A stretch of 64,000 nucleotides of DNA. Source: Spirochaetales bacterium. Lineage in GTDB: Bacteria > Spirochaetota > Spirochaetia > SZUA-6 > DRHE01. The notes below the pieces were generated by a model that was not told the origin of the DNA, searched no databases, and saw only the letters and a list, made by a program, of their open reading frames with translations. Location of the stretch: the NCBI GenBank assembly GCA_030604195.1, contig JAUVWI010000004.1:20829-84828 (forward strand), in the 5' to 3' direction. Both the position numbers and the translations under genes were made by a program. The first letter of the stretch is position 1. Each line of letters opens with the position of its first letter. Below are positions 46,717 through 55,265 of the stretch, piece after piece.

Positions 46717-47799
46717 TTGATATATCGAGAATACGGCAAAACAGATAAGAAAGTATCCGTGGTCGGATTCGGGGCCATGCGCTTCAAAGAACCGAATAAC
46801 CGCGACCTTTGTGCGGAAATGGTGGTAGAGGCCGCTAAACTGGGAATTAACTATTTCGACACGGCTCCCGGCTACTTCGGCACTAAGAGTGAAGAAATTC
46901 TTGGCCAGGGATTTAAGGAGCTGAAACGGCTAGGTCTGCCCTTTTACTGCGCTACTAAAACATCTAAATCCTCAAACTCAAAGATCAGAGCGGAAATTGA
47001 AAGACAACTGAAGCGGCTGAATTTAGAGACCATCGATTTCTATCATATCTGGTGTGTTACCAGTCTTAAGAACTGGCGGGAACGTAAACAGCATGGAATA
47101 ATTGAAACCTTTGTCAAATTGAAAGAAGAGGGGCTTATCCGCCATATATGCGTTTCCAGCCATTTGATTAATGATGAGATAAAAGAGGTTCTTGCTGAAG
47201 GAGTTATTGAAGGGGTGCTGCTTGGCTACTCAGCCTATAACTTCTCCATGCGCCAGGCCGCTCTTGATTTAATTGCCGGGCAGGGGCTGGGCTGTACGGT
47301 AATGAACCCCCTTGGCGGCGGAATCATTCCTCAGAACCCGGCAATTTTTAATTTTATCAAGACCCGTAAAGACGAAAGCCTGGTTGAGGCCGCGCTCCAC
47401 TTTCTCTTTGCCCACCGGCAGATCAATACCGCCTTAGTGGGCTTTTCCGAATTAAGGGAGATTAAGGAAGCTGTTCAGGCTGTTAAAAACTACGTTGAGA
47501 TTCAAAAATCTGAAATTGAGCGGATTAAGGGAGGAATCGTTGAATCTTTTAACGATATCTGTACCGGTTGTCAGTATTGTGATAACTGTCCGGTTGACAT
47601 ACCCATCCCCCGTTTTTTAGATAGCTACAACCATAAAATATTTTATAATGATCATAAGCTTTTAGAGAGACTTAAATACCACTGGGACTTGAACCCCGAA
47701 CAGGCCGCTGAATGCACGGCCTGTGGCCAGTGTGAGGATGTTTGCACCCAGCATCTGCCCATAATAAAACGGCTGGCGGAAATAGCCGCTCTTTCATAA
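46717..47799 (+). CDS. aldo/keto reductase with C-terminal 4Fe-4S ferredoxin-type domain
   Basis: The AKR N-terminus is VSVVGFGAMRF...GINYFDTAPGY. Two CxxCxxCxxxCP-like clusters are present (CTGCQYCDNCP and CTACGQCEDVC). Confidence 0.8.
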   Translation: MIYREYGKTDKKVSVVGFGAMRFKEPNNRDLCAEMVVEAAKLGINYFDTAPGYFGTKSEEILGQGFKELKRLGLPFYCATKTSKSSNSKIRAEIERQLKRLNLETIDFYHIWCVTSLKNWRERKQHGIIETFVKLKEEGLIRHICVSSHLINDEIKEVLAEGVIEGVLLGYSAYNFSMRQAALDLIAGQGLGCTVMNPLGGGIIPQNPAIFNFIKTRKDESLVEAALHFLFAHRQINTALVGFSELREIKEAVQAVKNYVEIQKSEIERIKGGIVESFNDICTGCQYCDNCPVDIPIPRFLDSYNHKIFYNDHKLLERLKYHWDLNPEQAAECTACGQCEDVCTQHLPIIKRLAEIAALS

Positions 47800-47810
47800 T
47801 AGGCCTGCTG

Positions 47811-48215
47811 CTAAGCTTTGAAAAACCGGGCCTTGCCCTTAGCAATCACCTCTCCGTCACTCTTATAAATCCAGCCCTCAGTTTGTACAATTCTTGACTT
47901 TACCCCTGTGATCTGTGCCTTTACTGTTACCGACTCTCCCACATCAATCGGCTTAATATATCTTACCGTCAGCTCCACGGTAAAAGATGGTTGCCCGCCA
48001 CTGATGCAGGCGAGGGCCATTGTTTCATCTAACAGCATGGCCAGTAAGCCGCCGTGGGTAACGCTCTTCCAACCGGTGAAATAATCTGGGATCTCACATT
48101 CGGTTTCAGCATAACCCTCCTCCGGGTAAATAAATTTGAGCTTTAGACCTTTACTATTCTTACTGCCGCAGCAAAAGCAGAAGTCATCAACTGTTGTTTT
48201 TTTTTCCATGGCCAT
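47811..48215 (-). CDS. PaaI-family hotdog-fold thioesterase
   Basis: CFCCGSKNSKGLKLKF and GWKSVTHGGLLAMLLDETM are typical of PaaI/YiiD-type thioesterases. Confidence 0.75.
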   Translation of the reverse strand: MAMEKKTTVDDFCFCCGSKNSKGLKLKFIYPEEGYAETECEIPDYFTGWKSVTHGGLLAMLLDETMALACISGGQPSFTVELTVRYIKPIDVGESVTVKAQITGVKSRIVQTEGWIYKSDGEVIAKGKARFFKA

Positions 48216-48315
48216 GAGAGTATATTATATGTCCCGGTTTGTCAAAATTGTTTAAAAGCTCTTTCTTGATGTTATTATCCACTTTTGATCGATTCTAAAG
48301 GCTGTTCTTAAAATA

Positions 48316-49476
48316 TCAATATATTATTTTACCTTCCCACAAATCACTTAAGAAATCTAAATATGGAACTATTTCTATCCGCCCATGAATTCTTTTTTCC
48401 CTCTCATTGCATACAACCAAAGCCTTTCGCGGTGAATATTCCTCGATAAAAGCGGTCATGGGCAGTAAATCCTTTTTCCTGACATAACTGGTGCCTTTAA
48501 CTTCGATAGCCACTTCCCCCCTACCCAGAATGAAGTCAACCTCTATGCCTGATTTCGTCCGCCAGAAATTGATATCATAATGGAGTTCCTTATAGGAATT
48601 ATAAGCTGCTATCTCCATGAATATAAAATGTTCAAATGCTTTACCAAACAATTCACCTTTCTCTTCCTCTATCTTCCTCTTTGTTATGGATCCTGCAACT
48701 CCCACATCAAATAAGTAGAATTTTGATGCTTTTGTAATAATTTGCCGATTTTGCCTTCTCTTGAAGGGTTCAACCATGGTGCCCAGCAGAGTATCGACAA
48801 GGATTTGATAGTATTCTTTTACAGTTTTTGAATCCACACCGCACTCGCGCGCTATATTGGAGTAATTCGTAAGCTCACCGTGTGAGTACCCTATAGCATC
48901 AAAGAATCTGGAAAATGCCGGAATATTGCGGGTCAATCCCTCATTAAATACTTCCTCTTTTAAATAATCCTGGCAATAAGCAATTAAAGCTTTCTGATAA
49001 TTGTCCTGCAGATAATGAATCGGTATCATTCCATGATTCAAAGCTCTCAATAAATCCGGATGATCTAATTCAGGCGTGACAAGTGGAAACATTTCATAAC
49101 GCCATGCCCGGCCTCCCAGTAAATTGGCTTTCCCCCTTTTCAGTTTGCGTGCGCTTGATCCACATAGGATAAAGCGAATTCCCTTATTCTCGATCAACCA
49201 GTGAACTTCGTCCAGAATTTGTGGAACTTTCTGTACTTCATCAAGTATTACAGGATAATTCAAAACATCATCACCTTTTGCCAACAATCTTTCCCGCAAA
49301 AGAAAAGGTTTCTTGGAGATTTCAAGAAATAAATCGGTTTTCAGAAAATCGTACACCAGGCTGTGGGGGAATTTCATTTTCATATAAGTTGACTTACCTG
49401 TTTTTCTCGGCCCCCATAAAAATGCAGACTGCCCGGGTGGAAGATCTATATTAAGGATTCTTTCAATATTAGTCAT
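48316..49476 (-). CDS. AAA-type ATPase with C-terminal DUF4143/PD-(D/E)xK-like module (copy 1)
   Basis: Walker A is LWGPRKTGKST and Walker B is VILDEVQ. The C-terminal nuclease-like motif is GIEVDFIL..GEVAIEVKG. The start is set to the ATG at 49476 (MTNIERIL), which has AGGAG upstream. Confidence 0.8.
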   Translation of the reverse strand: MTNIERILNIDLPPGQSAFLWGPRKTGKSTYMKMKFPHSLVYDFLKTDLFLEISKKPFLLRERLLAKGDDVLNYPVILDEVQKVPQILDEVHWLIENKGIRFILCGSSARKLKRGKANLLGGRAWRYEMFPLVTPELDHPDLLRALNHGMIPIHYLQDNYQKALIAYCQDYLKEEVFNEGLTRNIPAFSRFFDAIGYSHGELTNYSNIARECGVDSKTVKEYYQILVDTLLGTMVEPFKRRQNRQIITKASKFYLFDVGVAGSITKRKIEEEKGELFGKAFEHFIFMEIAAYNSYKELHYDINFWRTKSGIEVDFILGRGEVAIEVKGTSYVRKKDLLPMTAFIEEYSPRKALVVCNEREKRIHGRIEIVPYLDFLSDLWEGKIIY

Positions 49477-49501
49477 ATTAGGATAATACTCCTGTCTAGT
49501 T

Positions 49502-49533
49502 ATACTATTTCGAAGTCTACTACGAAATAGTAT
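49502..49533. repeat. perfect 11-bp inverted repeat upstream of AAA ATPase copy 1
   Basis: ATACTATTTCG (49502-49512) and CGAAATAGTAT (49523-49533) are separated by 10 nt. The repeat lies 26-57 nt upstream of the preferred ATG at 49476. Confidence 0.6.
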
Positions 49534-49664
49534 CGATAGCAAGTAATATTTGAGAATGAGTGAAAATTCCTATCTTTACCGTTTTTTATCTCTTCAAGCA
49601 TCGGGGTGCCTTACTTTTAAACTTCAATTGTAATAAAAATTATTAAGTATTAGAATTAACAAGT

Positions 49665-51002
49665 ATGAATATACCCTTCAATATGATCAGAATTGCCTTC
49701 TTTTGGGGAATTATCAGCGCTGTTTCCCTGCCATTAGGCGCCTGCATAGGTCTTATGACCAGGCCGGGTAAAAAGATCACTTCTGCTCTTATGGCTTTTG
49801 GCGCCGGGGCTCTTCTCTTTGCGTTGACCATTGAGCTTTTCGCAGAAGCTTTGCACCACGGCAGGGAACATGGTAATGAAATTGTAATTATTACCATTGC
49901 AGGTGCATTGCTGGGAGGGCTTTTGTTTGATCTTCTTAATCAGATACTGAATAACCGCGGAGCTTTCCTGCGGAAGCTTACAATAACCAAAAAATACCTG
50001 ACAAAGCTCAAAACAGTAATGTCCAGGAAGCTCATTCTTGAACTTAGCCGGGTTCGCCTTTTACAATCCCTCCCTCCCCGGGATATAGCAAAACTCGTAA
50101 CACATATGAAAAAAGAGACCTTTGAGGCTGGAGAGACTATATTCCGTGAAGGAGAGCTGGGCTCGACACTCTACTTCATTATATCCGGTGAAGTGGAGAT
50201 ACTGAAAAAAGATCAATCGGGCCATGAACAATTTATTTCTTTGCTTGAGGAAAACGATACTTTTGGGGAAATGGCCCTCCTGAGCCATCGTCCGCGCAAC
50301 GCAACGGCCAGGGCAAGAACCAAAACATTAGTCCTGAAGGCCCTGCACAGCGATTTTAATGTTCTTCTATCAGAATCAGAAATTCTTCGCGAAACAACTC
50401 TTATGCTTTTCAACCAGAGGGCTGAAGATCTTTCCAATAAAACCTCGGATAGCCGTATCGAAAAATGGAAATCTGAGTGCTTGAAACATCTGGTGAATAT
50501 CCAGATACATCTTACGGACTATGAAATAACCGAGGAAAGCAAAAAAGCCGCTCTGAAAAAAGGCGCATCCTTTGCTATCTGGCTGGGTATTTTTCTTGAC
50601 GGTATTCAGGAATCACTCATTATCGGAATGCTCTCCGCCAGGATTACCGGAATAAGTCTGTCATTTATCGCCGGTGTTTTTTTAGCGAATCTCCCCGAAG
50701 CCATGTCAAGCGCCGTGGGCATGCGCCGGAGTGGTATGGGGTTCTTGAAAATCCTCTGGATGTGGGGCTCTCTCTGTCTGATTACCGGGATGGGAGCCGC
50801 AATAGGCGCTCTTTTATTCCCCGCACAACCAGTAATGACCGATTATTATTTGATTGCCGGAATAGAGGGATTGGCCGCAGGCGCTATGTTGACCATGATC
50901 GCCGAAACTATGCTTCCGGAAGCTTTCGAGCAGGGCGGAGCTATTGTCGGTTTCTCAACTCTGCTGGGCTTTTTAACAACCCTTGTTGTAAAGATTCTGT
51001 AA
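49665..51002 (+). CDS. ZIP-family-like membrane transporter with an inserted cyclic-nucleotide-binding domain
   Basis: The N-terminal 3 TM segments and C-terminal 5 TM segments have ZIP-like layout (IFLDGIQESLIIG; VFLANLPEAMS; IEGLAAGAMLTMI). The central roughly 130 aa are a cNMP-binding beta-roll (GETIFREGELGSTLYFIISGEVEI...FGEMALLSHRPRNATARA). Confidence 0.7.
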   Translation: MNIPFNMIRIAFFWGIISAVSLPLGACIGLMTRPGKKITSALMAFGAGALLFALTIELFAEALHHGREHGNEIVIITIAGALLGGLLFDLLNQILNNRGAFLRKLTITKKYLTKLKTVMSRKLILELSRVRLLQSLPPRDIAKLVTHMKKETFEAGETIFREGELGSTLYFIISGEVEILKKDQSGHEQFISLLEENDTFGEMALLSHRPRNATARARTKTLVLKALHSDFNVLLSESEILRETTLMLFNQRAEDLSNKTSDSRIEKWKSECLKHLVNIQIHLTDYEITEESKKAALKKGASFAIWLGIFLDGIQESLIIGMLSARITGISLSFIAGVFLANLPEAMSSAVGMRRSGMGFLKILWMWGSLCLITGMGAAIGALLFPAQPVMTDYYLIAGIEGLAAGAMLTMIAETMLPEAFEQGGAIVGFSTLLGFLTTLVVKIL

Positions 51003-51064
51003 ATCTGAATACCTGAGACAGTTTCTACAGAAAATATCAATAAATCCAGCCGTAACGACTTAAA

Positions 51065-52273
51065 TTACAGATTTAACCATGAGTTAATAAAGGTATTTTT
51101 GCGTTTCATTGCTTCCGGAGTGTTGCAGATAAGATAATTAGATTCGGAAATATTTAATAGTAGGCGTAGTTTTTCAAAATTTTTTATATGAGACGGTCCA
51201 ATGGTTGCACTGAGCTTTACTTCCACTGGAAGTAAAGCCAAATTTTTTTCAATCAGCAGATCAATCTCCCAAAGGTTCCGGTGATTTATATAATAACTAT
51301 TCAAATTATAATTGAAGTGCTTTTTATTCTTATGAAACTCAGATATTACAAAATTCTCAAAAAACTGACCTGCCACATTTCCTCTGATCAGATAATCGGC
51401 ATTATTTATACCGGCAAGATGTGCTGCCAAACCTGTGTCAATAAAATAGTATTTTGGTGTTTTAGTTATTCTCTTGCTGATATTCCGTGAGTATGGCTGT
51501 AATTTAAAAATGATAAAACCGGCTTCTAGTACTGAAAACCATTTTTTTATTGTAGGAACAGAAACGCCCAGATCTGATGAAAAACTTGAATAGTTCAAAA
51601 TGCTCGAACATCTTGCCGCTGCCAAAGTAATAAATTGATAGAAGATATCCAGGTTTCCTATATCATAAAGACTTTTTAAATCTCTCTCCAAATATGTTTG
51701 GATATAAGAGCTGAACCAGATATTTTTGTCCACCTCAGGGTTACTGATAATCTCAGGATAAAAACCGTTAAGAATAGTGGATCCGATTTCATGTTCAGAC
51801 GAAACTACCTGCTTTTCAGTTAGATTAATAAACCAATCGTCCCAGGTGTTGAAAGCTGTTTCCTTGGCCTCGGAATAAGAAAAAGGCAGTAATGTCATAA
51901 CAGCAACTCTTCCGGCCAATGATTCAGAGATGTTCTTCATTACTGCAAACTGTTGAGAACCTGTTAGGAAAAACATACCAGGCCGACGGTTATTGTCGAT
52001 TATTTCTTTTATATAAGGCAAGAGTTCCGGCACATATTGAAACTCATCAATTATCAGAGGATATTTATGCTTAGCCAAAAAATCCTGGGGATCATCTTTT
52101 GCCCATAACCGGTTATCCGGCTTTTCCATGGAAACAAAGTTAGCCTTATGGGAAAACATCCTTTTCAGCAGAGTTGTCTTGCCGGACTGCCGAGGTCCGA
52201 CAACTGCAAGAGCAGGAAAGGTTTTTATGGCCCTGTTTATTGGAAGTGATAATTGTCGTTTAAAATACTTCAT
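51065..52273 (-). CDS. AAA-type ATPase with C-terminal DUF4143/PD-(D/E)xK-like module (copy 2)
   Basis: Walker A is VVGPRQSGKTTLL and Walker B is LIIDEFQ. The C-terminal motif is WEIDLLIE...LLPVEVKLS. The start is set to the ATG at 52273, because the track start at 52282 is a TTG. Confidence 0.8.
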   Translation of the reverse strand: MKYFKRQLSLPINRAIKTFPALAVVGPRQSGKTTLLKRMFSHKANFVSMEKPDNRLWAKDDPQDFLAKHKYPLIIDEFQYVPELLPYIKEIIDNNRRPGMFFLTGSQQFAVMKNISESLAGRVAVMTLLPFSYSEAKETAFNTWDDWFINLTEKQVVSSEHEIGSTILNGFYPEIISNPEVDKNIWFSSYIQTYLERDLKSLYDIGNLDIFYQFITLAAARCSSILNYSSFSSDLGVSVPTIKKWFSVLEAGFIIFKLQPYSRNISKRITKTPKYYFIDTGLAAHLAGINNADYLIRGNVAGQFFENFVISEFHKNKKHFNYNLNSYYINHRNLWEIDLLIEKNLALLPVEVKLSATIGPSHIKNFEKLRLLLNISESNYLICNTPEAMKRKNTFINSWLNL

Positions 52274-52281
52274 TTGTGACA

Positions 52282-52310
52282 ATTTTAAAGTGTTGATTTA
52301 AATTTGTCAA
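52282..52310 (-). promoter_or_regulatory. sigma70-like promoter placed for a (near-)leaderless transcript of AAA ATPase copy 2
   Basis: On the minus strand TTGACA (52310-52305) is followed by a 17-nt spacer and TAAAAT (52287-52282). Only 8 nt separate the -10 from the ATG at 52273, and there is no RBS. Confidence 0.45.
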
Positions 52311-52522
52311 TAACCTATTAATATCGATCATAGGATGCATTTAACGGCAAATCAGAATAAAAGATTTCAAGTTTGCTTGAAAAAGGTTTAAAAGATGGTA
52401 AACTGTAGTGAGGATGGTAATATGCTATTATCTCTAAAATCTTGCGTGTTAAGCGCAAAAAATAATCAAGTCCAGCGCCCGAATATATATTGTGTTGGAC
52501 TTTTGCTTTAAGGAGTTCGGTT

Positions 52523-53029
52523 GTGGATGTAATCCGTAAGGCCGCAGGTGCCCGTACAGGGCGGCCCGCAGGGTGCTGCGCTGGGAAAAAGATAATTCTA
52601 CTTTTAATGATCAGTTTGCTCTTTGCCTCCTGCGCTTCGGTGCAGAAAAAGGATGAAAGAAGCGTTTTCACAGTTGCCGAGCTTATCAACCAGGGGGATA
52701 GCGGCGCTCTCTTCCGGATGAGCAAAGTTCCTTTTCTGCTCGATCAGGAGATAATTCTGCTGAAAAAAGATATAGAAACCTTCTGGAGCAATATAATTGA
52801 AGCGGGCTATACTGTTGACTCGCCGGTTCTGGAAGATGGGCAGGCAATCGGCAAGGATTCCTACCTGCGCTTTTATGACTCCATGGAGGTAAAAACCTTT
52901 TTTAAGAAATACCTTCCTGAAAAAACCAGGATGCTGGAGCTGAAAACGACCACAAACCAGAGAATTCTGCTGCTGGTAGAGAAAAAGTGGCTGACCAGAA
53001 GAATATACGGCTTTAAAGGACCATACTAA
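52523..53029 (+). CDS. hypothetical lipoprotein
   Basis: The lipobox is LFASC. The in-frame GTG at 52523 lies 7 nt after AAGGAG (52510-52515) and is preferred over the track start at 52490. The stop is 1 nt before the next gene. Confidence 0.45.
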   Translation: MDVIRKAAGARTGRPAGCCAGKKIILLLMISLLFASCASVQKKDERSVFTVAELINQGDSGALFRMSKVPFLLDQEIILLKKDIETFWSNIIEAGYTVDSPVLEDGQAIGKDSYLRFYDSMEVKTFFKKYLPEKTRMLELKTTTNQRILLLVEKKWLTRRIYGFKGPY

Positions 53030-53030
53030 G

Positions 53031-54047
53031 ATGAAATATTTAATAACCATTACAATTCTCTTTTTTCTCATTACAGCCGCTGTTTTTGCCGCTTCCGCAG
53101 ATGTGGTATATGCTGAAGGCGATGCTTCAATCAAGGATACCGCAGGAGGGGAGTTTGAGGTCTCTATTGGTGACGAGGTAAGAACAGGAGATACTGTTAC
53201 CACCGGCTGGGATGGCTTCGTAGAAATGGACCGGAACGGCGTTATCCTGAAGATCAATAGCGACACAGTCTTCACTCTCATGGAGCGGGAAGAGGGAAAT
53301 GAGAAGACCGATGTTTTTTCCGTGGCCCTGGGCTCAATAAAATTCCGTTATGATAAGCTTACCGGTAAAGAGCCTAAGATCCAGACGGTAAGCTGTGTTG
53401 CCGGTGTGCGCGGAACCGAGTTCACCGTATTTTCAGGTGTGGACGGCTCTACCCTGATCGTGGTGGACAAGGGAAGGGTTGAGGTTGAAGCCGAGGGCGA
53501 GACAGTTGAGCTTAACCCGGAAGAGGGTGTGGAGGTACAGCCAGGCGCCCCCCCGGGGGAGAAATTTAAAAAGCAGAGGGACCAGGTTGACTATAAGAAG
53601 TGGAATGAGGATAAGATAGATAAGATGCTGAAAAATCCGGTAGATTCTATAATAAATCTGCAGAAGCGAATGAATTATTATATAGAAAATGTAGCAGAAT
53701 ATTATGGCCTTTTTTCTGAATACCGTGAAAAATTAGATGCAGAAAGTGCCAAAGCAAATGAAATTGCTGAAAAACAGGGAAAAGAAGCTGGCACCAAATA
53801 TTATAAAGAAGTAGCTAAGCCTATTGCAGGTAAAACCGGCAGTTTAGGCTTAAATGTGCGCTATTTTTCCCTTGCCGCGCTATCCATGCGCCGCTTTGTT
53901 GCAGGACGAATTTACCTATCGATAAAGAGCGCGTATATTACCGATTTGGGAAATAGTATATTTATTGAATTCCTTGAGAATTATTATAATTTATTGGCAA
54001 ATTTTGAAGAATCAATTGTCACACATTTAGTGGAAGCGGATATCTAG
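53031..54047 (+). CDS. FecR-domain secreted protein
   Basis: It has a signal peptide. FecR-like beta-sandwich features are present (GDEVRTGDTVTTGWDGFVEM, GVRGTEFTV, GSTLIVVDKGRVEV). Confidence 0.65.
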   Translation: MKYLITITILFFLITAAVFAASADVVYAEGDASIKDTAGGEFEVSIGDEVRTGDTVTTGWDGFVEMDRNGVILKINSDTVFTLMEREEGNEKTDVFSVALGSIKFRYDKLTGKEPKIQTVSCVAGVRGTEFTVFSGVDGSTLIVVDKGRVEVEAEGETVELNPEEGVEVQPGAPPGEKFKKQRDQVDYKKWNEDKIDKMLKNPVDSIINLQKRMNYYIENVAEYYGLFSEYREKLDAESAKANEIAEKQGKEAGTKYYKEVAKPIAGKTGSLGLNVRYFSLAALSMRRFVAGRIYLSIKSAYITDLGNSIFIEFLENYYNLLANFEESIVTHLVEADI

Positions 54048-54069
54048 ATTTTAACAGGAGGATTTTATA

Positions 54070-54489
54070 ATGAAAATCAAAAATGCTTTGTTCATTTTAT
54101 TAAGAATCTTAGTGGTCGTCGTTGTTTTTAACAGTTGCAGCCTATTCGGAACAAAAATAGATGAGCGTATCGATTCATTCATCGCTGACCTGAATTATGA
54201 TAGAAATAGTATTTATCTGAATTTTCATCCTTCAGAAACTGCTGATTATGATGCTATTAAAAACGTCGGTTTAACTTGGGATAATTGGTTTCCGACTCAT
54301 TCTATACAATATAGTATTTCAGGTCTTGATGATTCTGATTCAGATAGCGTAACCGCAACCATTAACAGCGAAGGAGTATGGGATTCTGAACCAGCAACCT
54401 TTAAAATGGCCAAGGACGGTTTCGACTGGATGATTGAGGAGCTTGACTTACCAGATAATTCAACATGGCCACATCCCTTAGTCGACTGA
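54070..54489 (+). CDS. hypothetical lipoprotein
   Basis: The lipobox is VFNSC and an AGGAGG RBS is present. No motif recognised. Confidence 0.5.
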   Translation: MKIKNALFILLRILVVVVVFNSCSLFGTKIDERIDSFIADLNYDRNSIYLNFHPSETADYDAIKNVGLTWDNWFPTHSIQYSISGLDDSDSDSVTATINSEGVWDSEPATFKMAKDGFDWMIEELDLPDNSTWPHPLVD

Positions 54490-54493
54490 TTCA

Positions 54494-54724
54494 TCAATCT
54501 TCCCACTGCTGAGCCTTGATCCATGCTTCTGTATTTTTAGAATCATCAGGGTTCATTTCAAGGCCCTTTATCCACTGATCTTCAAACTCTTTGATTTTCT
54601 TTTGCCGAAGCCAATTCTTGACCGCCTGGCGGATTATAGCAGAACGTGATAACCGGGATGATTCAGCAAAATGGTCCACTGCATTAAGCAGATTCTCATC
54701 AAAACTTATCTGGACATTTTTCAC
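54494..54724 (-). CDS. CopG/ribbon-helix-helix protein (orphan antitoxin-like)
   Basis: VQISFDENLLNAVDHFAESSRLSRSAIIRQAVKNWL is a canonical RHH pattern. It lies 22 nt downstream of the ParE-like toxin gene, with no toxin gene after it. Confidence 0.65.
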   Translation of the reverse strand: MKNVQISFDENLLNAVDHFAESSRLSRSAIIRQAVKNWLRQKKIKEFEDQWIKGLEMNPDDSKNTEAWIKAQQWED

Positions 54725-54746
54725 ATTCTATCCTTTTGTCTTATTT

Positions 54747-54989
54747 TTACCCATGCGGTCCGATAATAATCAATTCCATAACATTACCAAAGAAACGATA
54801 GGCTAATAGATACTGAACAGCCTGGATTTTAAACTTGTGCACGTAAACCCCGCGAAGATCACCTTTCTTTTCAGATCCGATATGGGGATTGTCCATAATT
54901 CTTCGGATTTCCTGGTCAAGTCTACTTTTTTCCCGTTTCGTGAATTTCTTGATTTTCCGGGCGAATGATCGAGATTGTAAGATTTTCAT
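54747..54989 (-). CDS. RelE/ParE-superfamily toxin (ParE-like)
   Basis: 80 aa with FARKIKKF..REKSRLDQEIRRIMDNPHIG.. KGDLRGVYVHKF...LLAYRF....ELIIIGPH, which follows the RelE/ParE fold pattern. It lies 11 nt after the antitoxin gene. Confidence 0.7.
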   Translation of the reverse strand: MKILQSRSFARKIKKFTKREKSRLDQEIRRIMDNPHIGSEKKGDLRGVYVHKFKIQAVQYLLAYRFFGNVMELIIIGPHG

Positions 54990-55000
54990 CTCATGAGCAG

Positions 55001-55219
55001 CTATCCGAAATTATATTCTGAAGGCTCTTCCTGTTCCAGTTCCTTAATGCCAATTAATATTTCCCGTATCAGAGTGTAATTTAAATCCGGGTTTTCTTCA
55101 GCGATTTTACCAATTCGCGCCCAGTGTTCAATCTGACCGGTAATAGATCGATTATCAATATTACTGTAGTTCCTGGCTTCCCGTAACAATTCATCGGATA
55201 CACGAACCGCTCCAGCCAT
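55001..55219 (-). CDS. ParD-like antitoxin
   Basis: 72 aa. VRVSDELLREARNYSNIDNRSITGQIEHWARIGKIAEENPDL resembles the ParD-like antitoxin family that pairs with ParE-like toxins. Confidence 0.65.
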   Translation of the reverse strand: MAGAVRVSDELLREARNYSNIDNRSITGQIEHWARIGKIAEENPDLNYTLIREILIGIKELEQEEPSEYNFG

Positions 55220-55265
55220 TTTAATGTTCTCCTTAATATAGTTTTGTAGCTAATATAGCACAAAA

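Noticed and set aside
49665-51002. The idea that the cNMP-binding membrane protein is a Pycsar/CBASS-type effector
   Set aside because: No nucleotide cyclase or CD-NTase gene is adjacent. The membrane part looks like a full ZIP-type transporter rather than a short pore-forming TM effector. I kept it only as an unusual transporter.
52539-52565. A GC-rich inverted repeat, GGCCGC-N15-GCGGCC, in an otherwise AT-rich stretch
   Set aside because: It has only a 6-bp stem with a large loop and no T-tract. It lies inside the probable signal-peptide coding region of the lipoprotein gene, so it is insufficient for a terminator or RNA element call.
52604-53281. A 225-aa minus-strand ORF, plus the 135-aa ORF at 52318-52725, spanning the region of the lipoprotein and FecR genes
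   Set aside because: Both lie antisense to two plus-strand genes that have signal peptides, an RBS and a recognisable FecR domain. Their own sequences are low-complexity with no motifs, so I treat them as shadow ORFs.
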